Positions 28,352 to 38,161 of a stretch of DNA of 64,000 nt are shown one piece after another. Source of the stretch: an uncultured Rhodospirillaceae bacterium (GTDB lineage Bacteria > Pseudomonadota > Alphaproteobacteria > GCA-2731375); contig CAYFPL010000001.1 in assembly GCA_964344935.1 (NCBI GenBank), positions 1,276,303-1,340,302 on the forward strand, given 5' to 3'. Below the pieces are notes generated by a model. It saw only the letters and a program-made list of their open reading frames with translations. It was not told the origin of the DNA and did no database searches. The translations under genes and the position numbers were made by a program. Positions within the stretch are counted from its first letter, which is position 1; each line of letters begins with the position of its first letter.

Positions 28352-28860
28352 GCCGATACCCGATCCTCGATGCGAAAGCGGAAGATGCGGCAAACATTGT
28401 CCAGGGCATTGGCGAATTCCGTCTCCCGGTCAGCGCCGATGCGTTCCTCGAATGATGCCAGGATCATCTCCTTGGTGGCGCCTTTGACGGCGAAGATGAA
28501 GGGAAAGTCGAACTTGGCCTTGTAGCGGTCATTGAGGTCCGTAAAACGCCGGAATTCTTCCGCGGTCAGCCTGTCCAATCCGGCACCCGCCTGTTCGCTT
28601 CGCGAGTCTTCTGTCAGTTCGCCGGCCACGGCCGCTTTGCCCGCCAGGTCGGGATGGGCCCGCAAGACGGCCAGTTGCCGGTCCCGGTCTGCCGCCCACA
28701 GAGCGCCGCCGAATTTCTCGATCAGGTCCTCGCGGTCAGTGAACGGCCGTGTGGCGGCCGCCTGCTCCGCGACCCATGGCGAATGTTCCGCCACATCGCC
28801 AAAGGCATCCACGAAGGCGGGCGCCGACATCCGGTTCACTTCCGCAAGGGCATAGGCCAT
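28348..28860 (-). CDS. uraD: OHCU decarboxylase (2-oxo-4-hydroxy-4-carboxy-5-ureidoimidazoline decarboxylase)
   Basis: OHCU decarboxylase family similarity (FVDAFGDVAEHSPWVAE ... ends RIFRFR-like). Start ATG 28860, or alternatively 28830. Confidence 0.75.
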   Translation of the reverse strand: MAYALAEVNRMSAPAFVDAFGDVAEHSPWVAEQAAATRPFTDREDLIEKFGGALWAADRDRQLAVLRAHPDLAGKAAVAGELTEDSRSEQAGAGLDRLTAEEFRRFTDLNDRYKAKFDFPFIFAVKGATKEMILASFEERIGADRETEFANALDNVCRIFRFRIEDRVSA

Positions 28861-28868
28861 GAGGCACT

Positions 28869-30047
28869 CTATTGGCTGTCGATCCAGGCGCCCAGTTTCA
28901 GGCGCTCTTCGTCGGTCATGCCGGTTTCGTTGCCCAAAGGCATGGCACGGGTCTGTACTGTGAACTGCATCACCTGCTGGCCGTGCCGCGCCAACTGATC
29001 CGTGTTCTCCAGCAGCACGTTCTTGGGCGGCGCGTCGATGCCTTCGTATTTCGGCTTGGCGGCATGGCACATGGTGCAGTGCTTCTGCACGATCTGCATC
29101 ACCTCCACATCCGAGACATCGTAGGCCTCGAAGTCGCGTTGTTGCGGCGAGGTCAGATAGATGGCGCCAATCAGGGCGACCAGGATTACCGGCAATGCGG
29201 CGCGGTACTTGGCGAACGGTTCACCAACCTCGTGGCTGACCAGAGCATGGCGCAGACAGGCGCCGCCCACGATGACGAAGGCCACGATCAGCCAGGCCTG
29301 GGGATGCCCCGATAGCATGGGATAATGGCCCGAGACCATCATCACTAGGACAGGCAGGGTCAGATAGGTGTTGTGGACCGAACGCTGTTTGCCGATCTCA
29401 CCGTATTTGGCATCAGGCTCCTCGCCGGCCAATAGGGCGGCGGTGACCTTCTTCTGGTTGGGAATGATGATGGCAAACACATTCGCCGCCATGATGGTGC
29501 CGATGAAGGCGCCTACGTGGATCAGGGCGGTGCGCCCCGAGAACACCTGGGTATAGAAATAGGCCGCCGCCATTACCCAAATGAAGCCGATCACCGCCAA
29601 CAGTGTGGTATTGCGGCCGATGGGACTACGGCACAAACCGTCATAAACGAACCAGCCCACGGCCATTGAGACGATCGAGATGGATATGGCCTGCCACGGC
29701 TCGAGCGACATAACGGATGGATCGATCATCCAGGCCCCGGCATCGAAATAGAACTGCACCACCATCAACAGGAAACCGGTCAGCCAGGTTAGGTAGGCCT
29801 CCCACTTGAACCAGACCAGATCCCCGGGCAATTCCTTGGGCGCAACCGTGTACTTTTCCACATGATAGAAGCCGCCGCCATGCACCTCCCACGCAGTGCC
29901 CATCACACCCTCTTTCATCTGCGCCCGTTTCTTGAGCGAAAGATCCAGGGCAATGAAATAGAAGGAGGTGCCGATCCAGCCGATACCGGCGATCATATGC
30001 GCCCAGCGGATCAGCAGGTTGGCCCAGTCGGCGGCGAAGGCGAGCAT
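28869..30047 (-). CDS. puuD: Membrane-bound urate hydroxylase with C-terminal cytochrome c domain
   Basis: Multi-TM N-terminal domain plus a C-terminal CTMCHA (CxxCH) heme motif, the architecture of PuuD-type urate oxidases. Start ATG 30047 after GGAGGG. Confidence 0.8.
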   Translation of the reverse strand: MLAFAADWANLLIRWAHMIAGIGWIGTSFYFIALDLSLKKRAQMKEGVMGTAWEVHGGGFYHVEKYTVAPKELPGDLVWFKWEAYLTWLTGFLLMVVQFYFDAGAWMIDPSVMSLEPWQAISISIVSMAVGWFVYDGLCRSPIGRNTTLLAVIGFIWVMAAAYFYTQVFSGRTALIHVGAFIGTIMAANVFAIIIPNQKKVTAALLAGEEPDAKYGEIGKQRSVHNTYLTLPVLVMMVSGHYPMLSGHPQAWLIVAFVIVGGACLRHALVSHEVGEPFAKYRAALPVILVALIGAIYLTSPQQRDFEAYDVSDVEVMQIVQKHCTMCHAAKPKYEGIDAPPKNVLLENTDQLARHGQQVMQFTVQTRAMPLGNETGMTDEERLKLGAWIDSQ

Positions 30048-30113
30048 GGGAGATCCCTCCACGGCGTCACGCCGGCCCAACCCAAAGGCCAGGCCGGCAC
30101 AACATCGGGACGC

Positions 30114-31184
30114 TTACTTCGGCAGCTTGCCGTCGACGCCTTTGACGTACCAGTTCATGCCCGCCAAGGTGCCATCATCAATGACCTTGCCGGCTTCCAG
30201 GAACAGACTGCCGTCCTGCTTGTACAAAGGTCCGGTAAAGGGATGCAGCTTGCCGGATGTGATCGCCGCTTCCGTCTTCTTGGCCATCTCGGCGACATCC
30301 GCCGGCATATTGGTATAGGCGGCCATCTCCACCGTGCCATCGGACAAGCCGTCCCAGGCATCGGAGGATTTCCAGGTCCCATCCAAGACCATCTTGGTGC
30401 GGCGCACATAGTAAGGTGCCCAGTTATCTACGATGGACGTCAGTTGCGCTTTCGGCGCGAACTTGATCATGTCCGAGGCCTGACCAAATCCCATGGCGCC
30501 CTTTTCGGCCGCGATCTGCAAGGGCGCCGTGCTGTCGGTGTGCTGGGTGATGATGTCGGCACCCTGGCCGATCAGCACTTTCGCGGCATCCGCTTCCTTG
30601 CCCGGATCGAACCAGGAGTTAACCCACACAACCTTCAACTTGTAGTCAGGATTGATGGTCTGGGCCCCCAGCAGGAACGCGTTGATACCCATCACCACTT
30701 CCGGAATCGGGAACGAGGCGATATAGCCAGCAACGCCTGACTTCGACATCTTGGCCGCGATCTGACCGATGATATAGCGGCCTTCATAGAAACGGGCGTT
30801 GTAGGTGGCAACGTTACTGGCCCGCTTGTAGCCGGTGGCATGTTCGAACTTCACCTTGGGGAAGCGTTTCGCCACCTTGATGGTCGGGTCCATGAAACCG
30901 AACGAGGTGGTGAAAATCAGGCCGGCGCCCTGGCGTGCCAGGCGGGTGATGGCCCGTTCCGCATCGGGCCCTTCGGCCACTTTCTCGACGAACATGGTCT
31001 CTACCTTGTCGCCCAGTTCCTTTTCGATGGCCAGGCGGCCTTGATCATGCTGGTAGGTCCAGCCGTGGTCGCCGACGGGGCCGACGTAGACGAAGCCGAC
31101 CTTCAATTTGTCGGCGGCGGATGCGGCGCCCATGGCGAAGACCATCGCCAAGGACAACGCGATCGAACCGATGAGTTTTTTCAC
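30114..31184 (-). CDS. BMP-family (basic membrane protein/PnrA-like) ABC transporter substrate-binding protein, likely nucleoside/purine-binding
   Basis: Signal peptide (KKLIGSIALSLAMVFAMGAASA). The Bmp family typically binds nucleosides. GTG start at 31184 is preceded by AAGGAG; the longer ATG start is at 31205. Confidence 0.8.
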   Translation of the reverse strand: MKKLIGSIALSLAMVFAMGAASAADKLKVGFVYVGPVGDHGWTYQHDQGRLAIEKELGDKVETMFVEKVAEGPDAERAITRLARQGAGLIFTTSFGFMDPTIKVAKRFPKVKFEHATGYKRASNVATYNARFYEGRYIIGQIAAKMSKSGVAGYIASFPIPEVVMGINAFLLGAQTINPDYKLKVVWVNSWFDPGKEADAAKVLIGQGADIITQHTDSTAPLQIAAEKGAMGFGQASDMIKFAPKAQLTSIVDNWAPYYVRRTKMVLDGTWKSSDAWDGLSDGTVEMAAYTNMPADVAEMAKKTEAAITSGKLHPFTGPLYKQDGSLFLEAGKVIDDGTLAGMNWYVKGVDGKLPK

Positions 31185-31281
31185 TGTTTGCTCCTTTTGC
31201 CTCACAAGTTTCGTAACGTTTCGCGGTGCTTGTTCTCAGGCCGCCAATGCCGTCCGCATAGCATTGGCGGCTGTTCTTGCC

Positions 31282-32202
31282 CTACCTCTCGGGCGCGAAT
31301 GGTTGGCCGATACAGGCCGGGGTGTTGACCTTGGTCAGCGTCTTGTTGCCGGAAATGATAATCAACGCGACGATGGTGACAAGATAGGGCAGCGACGAGA
31401 GCAGCTGCGAGGGGATGTCCACCCCCAGCGCCTGTACGTACAGCCCCATGATCCAGACCGTGCCGAACAAATAGGCGCCGATCAGGACCCGTTTCGGCAG
31501 CCAGGTGGAGAACACCACCAGCGCCAACGCAATCCAACCGCGCCCAGAGCTCATATTCTCGATCCATTGCGGCGTATAGGCCAGGGAGAGATAGGCCCCC
31601 GCCAGGCCGGAACAGGCACCGCCGAAGGCGATACAGCCGTAACGAACGCGGATCACGTTGTAGCCCAGTGCATGGGCCGAATGATGGTTGCCGCCCACCG
31701 CGGTGATGATCAGGCCTAGGCGGGTGCGGAACAACACATAGGCCACCCCGCCGGTAATGATCAGCGAACCGTAAACCAGGATGTCGTGGCCGAAGATCAC
31801 CGGCCCGATGAAGGGGATTTCGGTCAGAAATGGAATGTTCAAGGCCTCCAGCTTGACGCCAGGCAGGCCGGTGAAACTTTCCCCGATCATGCCCGAGAGG
31901 CCCAACCCCAAGAGCGTCAATGACAGGCCGGTTGCGACTTGGGAGGTCATCAGGGTCTGGGTCAGGAAGGCAAACAAAAGGGACATCCCCACCCCGGCCA
32001 CAAGGCCCGCACCGACACCCAGCATGGCGGAGCCGGAAGTATAGGCGGCGGCGAAACCGCAGACCGCGCCCATGATCATCATACCTTCCACGCCCAGGTT
32101 CAAAACGCCCGAACGTTCCGTCACCAGTTCGCCGATCGCCGCCAGCAGCAACGGCGTCGAGGCGGTGATGATGGTCAGAATGACGGCTTCGAGTGCACCC
32201 AT
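31282..32202 (-). CDS. ABC transporter permease (BMP-type system)
   Basis: 306-aa multi-TM permease. The overlapping 485-aa ORF (31202-32659) is a spurious alternative frame. Confidence 0.8.
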   Translation of the reverse strand: MGALEAVILTIITASTPLLLAAIGELVTERSGVLNLGVEGMMIMGAVCGFAAAYTSGSAMLGVGAGLVAGVGMSLLFAFLTQTLMTSQVATGLSLTLLGLGLSGMIGESFTGLPGVKLEALNIPFLTEIPFIGPVIFGHDILVYGSLIITGGVAYVLFRTRLGLIITAVGGNHHSAHALGYNVIRVRYGCIAFGGACSGLAGAYLSLAYTPQWIENMSSGRGWIALALVVFSTWLPKRVLIGAYLFGTVWIMGLYVQALGVDIPSQLLSSLPYLVTIVALIIISGNKTLTKVNTPACIGQPFAPER

Positions 32203-32211
32203 GGCCGCCTC

Positions 32212-33291
32212 CTATGCCTCTTTCGCCGCGGCACCCAGGGGGGCCATTTTGATGCGGTAGTGGATCAAGGTTTCGCAGGCCAGGATCAGGAACAACAACA
32301 TGCCCTGGAAGACCTGGGCCATCTTGTCGGAAATGCCCAGTTCCACCTGGGCCGCCTCGCCACCGAGATAGGATATCGCCAAGAGAATGCCGGCGAAGAT
32401 GACGCCTATGGGATTGAGCCGGCCCAGGAAGGCGACGATGATCGCCGTAAAGCCATAACCGGGCGAAATCACAGGCTGCAACTGTCCGCTGGGGCCGGCT
32501 ACCTCGCATATGCCAGCGAGGCCGGCCAAACCACCCGAGAGCAGGAAGCAGAACCAGATCACCCGTTTCTGGGCGAAGCCGGCAAAGGCGCCTGCCCTGG
32601 GCGAACTGCCAATAACACGGATTTCGAACCCGCGCAGGGAGCGGCCCATCATCATCCATAGGATTACGGCCGCGGCGATGGCAAATATGGCGCCAATGTG
32701 CACCCGGCCCTCGCCCAGCAGCGGCAGAAGCTGCCAGCCTTCAAATGAAACGGATTGCGGAAAGTTGAAGCCCTTGGGGTCCTTCCACGGGCCGCGGATG
32801 ATCCAGTCCAGCAGCAGCTGCGCCACGTAAACCAGCATCAGGGATGTGAGGATCTCGTTGGCGCCGAAGCGGTTCTTCAACAGGGCCGGTATTGCAGCGA
32901 ATAAAGCCCCGCCAACAGCGCCCAGTAATAGCATCAGGATCAGTACCAGGGGCGACTGCCAGGCGGTGAAATAGATCGGGATGGCGGAGCCGAATATGGC
33001 ACCGACCGTCAATTGACCTTCGGCACCAATGTTCCAAACGTTGGCGGTAAAGCAAACCGACAGGCCAACCCCGATCAGAATCAGGGGTGCCGCCTTCACT
33101 ATCAGTTCCTCGATTGACCACAGGCTGGTCACGGGCTCCACGAAATAGATATAGAGCGCTTTGAGAGGATCCAGCCCCAGGCCGGCGAAGATAAAACCGC
33201 CGATCACCACCGTTATGGCCAGCGCCAGCACCGGCGACAGCCAGACCATGGCCTGGGATTGTTCGTTGCGTTTTTCCAGGACGATCTTCAT
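32212..33291 (-). CDS. ABC transporter permease (BMP-type system)
   Basis: 359-aa multi-TM permease. Start overlaps the ATPase stop (ATGA). Confidence 0.8.
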   Translation of the reverse strand: MKIVLEKRNEQSQAMVWLSPVLALAITVVIGGFIFAGLGLDPLKALYIYFVEPVTSLWSIEELIVKAAPLILIGVGLSVCFTANVWNIGAEGQLTVGAIFGSAIPIYFTAWQSPLVLILMLLLGAVGGALFAAIPALLKNRFGANEILTSLMLVYVAQLLLDWIIRGPWKDPKGFNFPQSVSFEGWQLLPLLGEGRVHIGAIFAIAAAVILWMMMGRSLRGFEIRVIGSSPRAGAFAGFAQKRVIWFCFLLSGGLAGLAGICEVAGPSGQLQPVISPGYGFTAIIVAFLGRLNPIGVIFAGILLAISYLGGEAAQVELGISDKMAQVFQGMLLFLILACETLIHYRIKMAPLGAAAKEA

Positions 33292-34835
33292 GCCGCGCCC
33301 GCCTCCGCGCCTTTTTCATGGGCCCCGGCCATAAGCAGGCCAATTTGTTCCAGACTGAGTTCATTCGCCGGATAGGCTTCCGACATCTCGCCGCGAGAGA
33401 TCACGGCAATACGGTCGGCGATCTCGAATATCTCATCCAGGTCCTGGCTGATCACCAACACGGCGGAGCCTTCCCGCGCCAGATCGATCAGAGCCTGGCG
33501 GATCAACGCCGCCGCGCCCGCATCCACACCCCAGGTCGGTTGGTTCACCACCAACACCTTTGGCCGCAAGGCCATTTCGCGCCCCACCACGAACTTCTGC
33601 AGATTGCCGCCCGAAAGGGACTGCGCCTCCGGATCCGGCGTGCCCTTGCGCACGTCAAACAACTCTGTCACCTCGGCGTTCACGTCCCGGGCCGCATTGC
33701 GGTTGATGAAACCGCGGCGCACCACGGTTTCGCCCACAGCGTGATGGGTCAGAACGACATTTTCCGAGAGGGCGAAATTCGGCACCGCGCCATGGCCGAT
33801 GCGCTCCTCGGGCACGAAGGCCGCGTCCCGACGGCGACGCTGGGTGATATTCTCCCGGCCGCAGGGCGCCCCACCGATTTTCACGGCTTCGTTGTTCGTG
33901 CTTGTAACTTCGCCCGACACCGCGTCGAAAAATTCGCCCTGGCCGTTGCCCGCCACCCCGGCAACCGCGACGATCTCGCCGGCATGGACGGCAAGGTCGA
34001 TGCCCTTCAAGGACACGCCAAAGGGATCGTCCGTCTGCATTGACAGGTTATGCAGTTCCAATAGCGGCGCGCCGGGCTCGGCCGCCTTTTCCGCCTTCAC
34101 GGCGGCCACCTCGGTCCCCACCATGAGCGCCGCCAGGGAGGCGGCGGTTTCCTGCTGCGGGTCGACCCGGGCCACCAATTTGCCGTGACGCAGGATGGTA
34201 GCGTCGTGGCAGATGCGCTTCACCTCCTCCAGTCGGTGGGAAATATAGAGGACGCCACAGCCCTCCGCGGCCAGACGTTCCAGGGTGACGAACAATTGGT
34301 CCGCCTCCTGCGGTGTCAACACCGCCGTGGGCTCATCCATGATCAACAAGCGCGGTTCCTGCAACAGGCAGCGCACGATCTCGATCCGTTGACGTTCACC
34401 TACCGAAAGATCCGCCACCAGGGCATCGGGACGCAGCGGCAGGCCATAATCGTTCGAGACCTGTTCGATGCGGCCGGCCAGGTCTGCGAAATTCACATCC
34501 GGCGGCAGGGCCAAGGCGATGTTCTCGGCTACCGTCAGGGCATCAAACAGGGAAAAATGCTGAAACACCATGCCGATACCCAATTCCCGCGCCGCGGCCG
34601 GGTTAGGAATGGTCACAGGTTCACCCTGCCAATAGATCTGGCCCGAGGTGGCCCGCAGGGAGCCATAGATGATCTTGACCAGGGTCGATTTTCCGGCGCC
34701 ATTTTCCCCCAACAAAGCATGGATTTCGCCGGGCTTGAGCGAGAGTGTGACATCGTCATTGGCGCGAAGTTCGCCGAACACCTTTACGATATTGCGTGCC
34801 TCGAGAAGATACTCGCTTGCTTCCGCCACGCTCAC
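33288..34835 (-). CDS. ABC transporter ATP-binding protein with duplicated ATPase domains
   Basis: Walker A GENGAGKST plus a second nucleotide-binding domain. GTG start at 34835 after GGGGGAGG, overlapping the xdhC stop (GTGA). Confidence 0.8.
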   Translation of the reverse strand: MSVAEASEYLLEARNIVKVFGELRANDDVTLSLKPGEIHALLGENGAGKSTLVKIIYGSLRATSGQIYWQGEPVTIPNPAAARELGIGMVFQHFSLFDALTVAENIALALPPDVNFADLAGRIEQVSNDYGLPLRPDALVADLSVGERQRIEIVRCLLQEPRLLIMDEPTAVLTPQEADQLFVTLERLAAEGCGVLYISHRLEEVKRICHDATILRHGKLVARVDPQQETAASLAALMVGTEVAAVKAEKAAEPGAPLLELHNLSMQTDDPFGVSLKGIDLAVHAGEIVAVAGVAGNGQGEFFDAVSGEVTSTNNEAVKIGGAPCGRENITQRRRRDAAFVPEERIGHGAVPNFALSENVVLTHHAVGETVVRRGFINRNAARDVNAEVTELFDVRKGTPDPEAQSLSGGNLQKFVVGREMALRPKVLVVNQPTWGVDAGAAALIRQALIDLAREGSAVLVISQDLDEIFEIADRIAVISRGEMSEAYPANELSLEQIGLLMAGAHEKGAEAGAA

Positions 34836-35824
34836 CTCCCCCCTCTCAGACGCAGCAGGCCGTCCCGCTCTTCCTCGTCCCTGCCGCTCCGCCATTGTTC
34901 CACCCGACAGAGCAAATCCGCAACAACGGATGCGGCAATGGCCGCCGGTTCCTTGGAGCGGATACCGGGAATGCCTATGGGGCATACCAATTGACCGATG
35001 GCGGCTTCGCCCAGGCCGGCCTTGTGCAGCCGGCTGCGAAAGCGTGCCCGCTTGGTGTCCGAGCCGATCAGCCCCACATAGGCGAATCGATTCACCGCAA
35101 GGGCGCCCATGACGATATCAAAGTCCAAGGCGTGGCTGTGGGTCAGGACCAGAATCAAGGCACCGTCCGGCAATTCGTCCAGCACCGCGGCAGGTTCGGA
35201 GACATGCCGAGGCTTAACGTTTCCCGGCACAGCGGATGGAAATGCTGAGGCACGAGAGTCGATCCACACGACCTGGAAATCCAATGGCGCAAGGGCCAAT
35301 ATCAAGGACCGGCCCACATGCCCGGCACCGAACAACGCCAATGTTTGCCGCGATCTGCCGAACTGCTCCCACAGCAGCCCCGCCTCCGGTTCTTCCCCCT
35401 CGTTGAGGATCACGCGGTCAACGGAATGAGTGCCGATCCGGCCCTGGGTAGTGAACGCGCCTTCGCTCTCCGCCGCCGCCAGGGCTTGAAGATCAGGTAA
35501 CTGGGCCGGCGCGAACACTTCCAACAGCAATCGCACCGAGCCGCCGCAGCACTGCCCCAGATCCGGTCCCAGCGCCATTTGCGACTGACGCAAGGGCGGC
35601 AAGGATTTGTTCCTTAGGGCCTTGGCGATAGCCGTCTTGGCATTCGCCATGGCCTTCCATTCCAGGGCACCGCCACCGATGGTGCCGGTGAAAGCGCCAT
35701 CTTGGAGAATCACCATCCGCGCCCCCCGGTCGCGGGGGGCGGAACCGCGCGCCTCCAGAACGCTGACCATGGCACAGTAATCACCGCGTTCAAGACAATC
35801 GCAGATGGTGCGCCAGATCGTCAT
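34832..35824 (-). CDS. xdhC: Xanthine dehydrogenase accessory/maturation protein
   Basis: XdhC/CoxI family similarity. Immediately downstream of xdhB. Confidence 0.8.
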   Translation of the reverse strand: MTIWRTICDCLERGDYCAMVSVLEARGSAPRDRGARMVILQDGAFTGTIGGGALEWKAMANAKTAIAKALRNKSLPPLRQSQMALGPDLGQCCGGSVRLLLEVFAPAQLPDLQALAAAESEGAFTTQGRIGTHSVDRVILNEGEEPEAGLLWEQFGRSRQTLALFGAGHVGRSLILALAPLDFQVVWIDSRASAFPSAVPGNVKPRHVSEPAAVLDELPDGALILVLTHSHALDFDIVMGALAVNRFAYVGLIGSDTKRARFRSRLHKAGLGEAAIGQLVCPIGIPGIRSKEPAAIAASVVADLLCRVEQWRSGRDEEERDGLLRLRGGR

Positions 35825-35827
35825 GGC

Positions 35828-38161
35828 CTAGACCTCCCGCATCGCACGTACGGCACGCACGATCGCTTCCGGCGTTGCCGGCGCATCCAACGGCGGGACC
35901 CGCCCTGGACGCAGGCTGGCCACAGCGTCCGTAATGGCCGAAAAGACAGAGATGGCCAACATCAAGGGCGGTTCGCCAACGGCTTTGGAACGGTAGATGG
36001 TAGGCTCCTTGTTGCCCTTGGAATCCCACAGGGTGACACGGAAGTCTTCCGGCACGTCCGAGGCTGTGGGAATTTTGTAGGTGGAAGGAGCATGGGTCGT
36101 CAGGCGGCCCGCATCGTCGAACACCAGTTCCTCGGTGGTCAGCCAGCCCATGCCTTGAACAAAGCCGCCCTCGATCTGGCCAATGTCCAGTGCCGGGTTC
36201 AAGGATTTGCCCACATCGTGGATGATATCCACCCGGTCCACCCGCATTTCCCCGGTCCAGGTATCGATGGTGACCTCCGCACAGGCCGCGCCATAGGCGA
36301 AATAGAGAAACGGCTGACCTTCCGCCCGATCTCTGTCCCAGGTGATCTTGGGTGTCGCGAAATAGCCCGTGGAAGAAAGCGAGACTCGCTCCAGAAAACA
36401 GGTATTGGCAAGATCGGCGAAGGAGATATCCCGTTCGCCAACCTGCACCCGGTTGTTGGCAAAACGAACCTGTGACTTGCCGACCTGGTAGAGCCGGCAG
36501 GCCAGTTCTGTCATGCGCTCCTTGATAGCGCCCGCTGCCCGCTTGGCAGCCATGCCGTTCAGGTCCGAGCCGGACGAGGCCGCGGTGGGTGTGGTATTGG
36601 GCACCTTGTCGGTCTTGGTGGCGGTAATCTGTACATGGGCGAAATCGATGCCGAATTCCTCCGCAACCACCTGGGCCACCTTGGTATAGAGGCCCTGGCC
36701 CATTTCGGTACCGCCGTGGTTCACCTGCACCGAGCCGTCGGTATAGACATGAACCAGGGCGCCGGCCTGATTCAGGTGCTTCAAGGTGAATGCGATGCCG
36801 AATTTGACCGGCGTCAGCGCGATACCTTTCTTCAAGAACCGATTAGCCTTGTTGAAGGCGCGAGCCTCCTTGCGCCGCCGCCGGTAGTCGGCGGAGGTCT
36901 CCAACGCCCGCACGACCCGGGGCGCGATGTTGTCGGTGATCTTCATGCCATAGGGCGTGACATCCCGGTTTGGCCCATAGAGGTTGCGCTTGCGCACGTC
37001 GAGGGGATCGAGGCCGAGGCGAATAGCGATCTCGTCCATCATGTGCTCGGCGAACATCATGCCTTGCGGGCCGCCGAAACCCCTGAACGCGGTATTGGAT
37101 ACGGTGTTGGTCTTGACCCGGCGGGAATGAATGCGGGCGCTGGGATAGAAATAGGCGTTGTCGGTATGAAACAGGGTCCGATCACAGACGCCCAGTGACA
37201 GATCGGCGGAATAGCCGCAGCGGGCGTTGAAGGTGACATCGACGCCAAGGACCCGGCCCTTCTCGTCGTGGCCGTAGCTGTATTCGGCCAGCACATCGTG
37301 ACGCTTACCGGTCATCACCATGTCATCGTCCCGGTCCAGGCGCAGCTTCACCGCCCGTCCGGTGGCATGTGCGCCCAACGCCGCCAAGCAGGCCCATTGC
37401 GAGGCCTGACTCTCCTTGCCGCCGAAACCGCCACCCATGCGCCGGCATTCACAAACCACGCGAGCCTCGGGCACCGCCAGCATACGAGCCACAAGATGCT
37501 GCACCTCTGATGGATGCTGGGTGGAGGAGTGGATGTGCATCTGGCTCCCCTCGCCCGGCAGAGCCATGGCGATCTGGCCTTCCAGATAGAAATGCTCCTG
37601 CCCGCCCACGCGCAATGTGCCCGTGGCCCGATGGGGTGCCTCTGCCGCCGCCCGATCCGGATCGCCTCTGAGGAACTGATAGTCGGGTAAAACCACTTCG
37701 CCGGTCTCCAGGCCATCTTCGACGGAGACGGCCGGATCCGATGCGGCGACCTCGATATGGGCGAGCCGGACAGCGCGGCGCGCCTGAACGCGGCTTTCCG
37801 CCACCACGGCAAAAACCACCTGGCCGTGAAATTCGATGGCGCCGTCAGCCAGAATGGGATCGCCGCCAATAGAGGGGCTGCATTCGTTGGGGCCGGGTAT
37901 GTCCTTCGCACTCAGAACCGCGACCACGCCCGGCGCGGTGGCAACGGCTTCCAAATCCAGGACGGCAATAGGGCCCTTCGCGGCAGCACGAGCATAGCCG
38001 GGCGCCATGTGCAACAGGCCTGCCGGCTCGGGCATGTCGTCGATATACCAGGCATTGCCCTGAACCTGCCAAAGGGCGCTGTCGTGCGGCAGGGCGTTGC
38101 CAACGGCGGAGTTGCCGCTAGGAGGCGGAATCTGGGTGCGACTCGTTTGACTAGTGGACAT
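35828..38161 (-). CDS. xdhB: Xanthine dehydrogenase molybdopterin-binding subunit
   Basis: 777 aa, aldehyde oxidase / xanthine dehydrogenase Mo-cofactor domain similarity (GGGFGGKE). Confidence 0.9.
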   Translation of the reverse strand: MSTSQTSRTQIPPPSGNSAVGNALPHDSALWQVQGNAWYIDDMPEPAGLLHMAPGYARAAAKGPIAVLDLEAVATAPGVVAVLSAKDIPGPNECSPSIGGDPILADGAIEFHGQVVFAVVAESRVQARRAVRLAHIEVAASDPAVSVEDGLETGEVVLPDYQFLRGDPDRAAAEAPHRATGTLRVGGQEHFYLEGQIAMALPGEGSQMHIHSSTQHPSEVQHLVARMLAVPEARVVCECRRMGGGFGGKESQASQWACLAALGAHATGRAVKLRLDRDDDMVMTGKRHDVLAEYSYGHDEKGRVLGVDVTFNARCGYSADLSLGVCDRTLFHTDNAYFYPSARIHSRRVKTNTVSNTAFRGFGGPQGMMFAEHMMDEIAIRLGLDPLDVRKRNLYGPNRDVTPYGMKITDNIAPRVVRALETSADYRRRRKEARAFNKANRFLKKGIALTPVKFGIAFTLKHLNQAGALVHVYTDGSVQVNHGGTEMGQGLYTKVAQVVAEEFGIDFAHVQITATKTDKVPNTTPTAASSGSDLNGMAAKRAAGAIKERMTELACRLYQVGKSQVRFANNRVQVGERDISFADLANTCFLERVSLSSTGYFATPKITWDRDRAEGQPFLYFAYGAACAEVTIDTWTGEMRVDRVDIIHDVGKSLNPALDIGQIEGGFVQGMGWLTTEELVFDDAGRLTTHAPSTYKIPTASDVPEDFRVTLWDSKGNKEPTIYRSKAVGEPPLMLAISVFSAITDAVASLRPGRVPPLDAPATPEAIVRAVRAMREV

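Noticed and set aside
31202-32659. 485-aa ORF on the minus strand spanning both permease genes
   Set aside because: Gly/Arg/Pro-rich low-complexity translation in an alternative frame. It overlaps two bona fide multi-TM permease ORFs (31282-32202 and part of 32212-33291). This is a typical high-GC shadow ORF.
34835-34985. Extended N-terminus of the ABC ATPase (starts at 34895 or 34985)
   Set aside because: These would overlap xdhC by 60-150 nt. GTG at 34835 has a strong GGGGGAGG RBS and the classic GTGA stop/start overlap.
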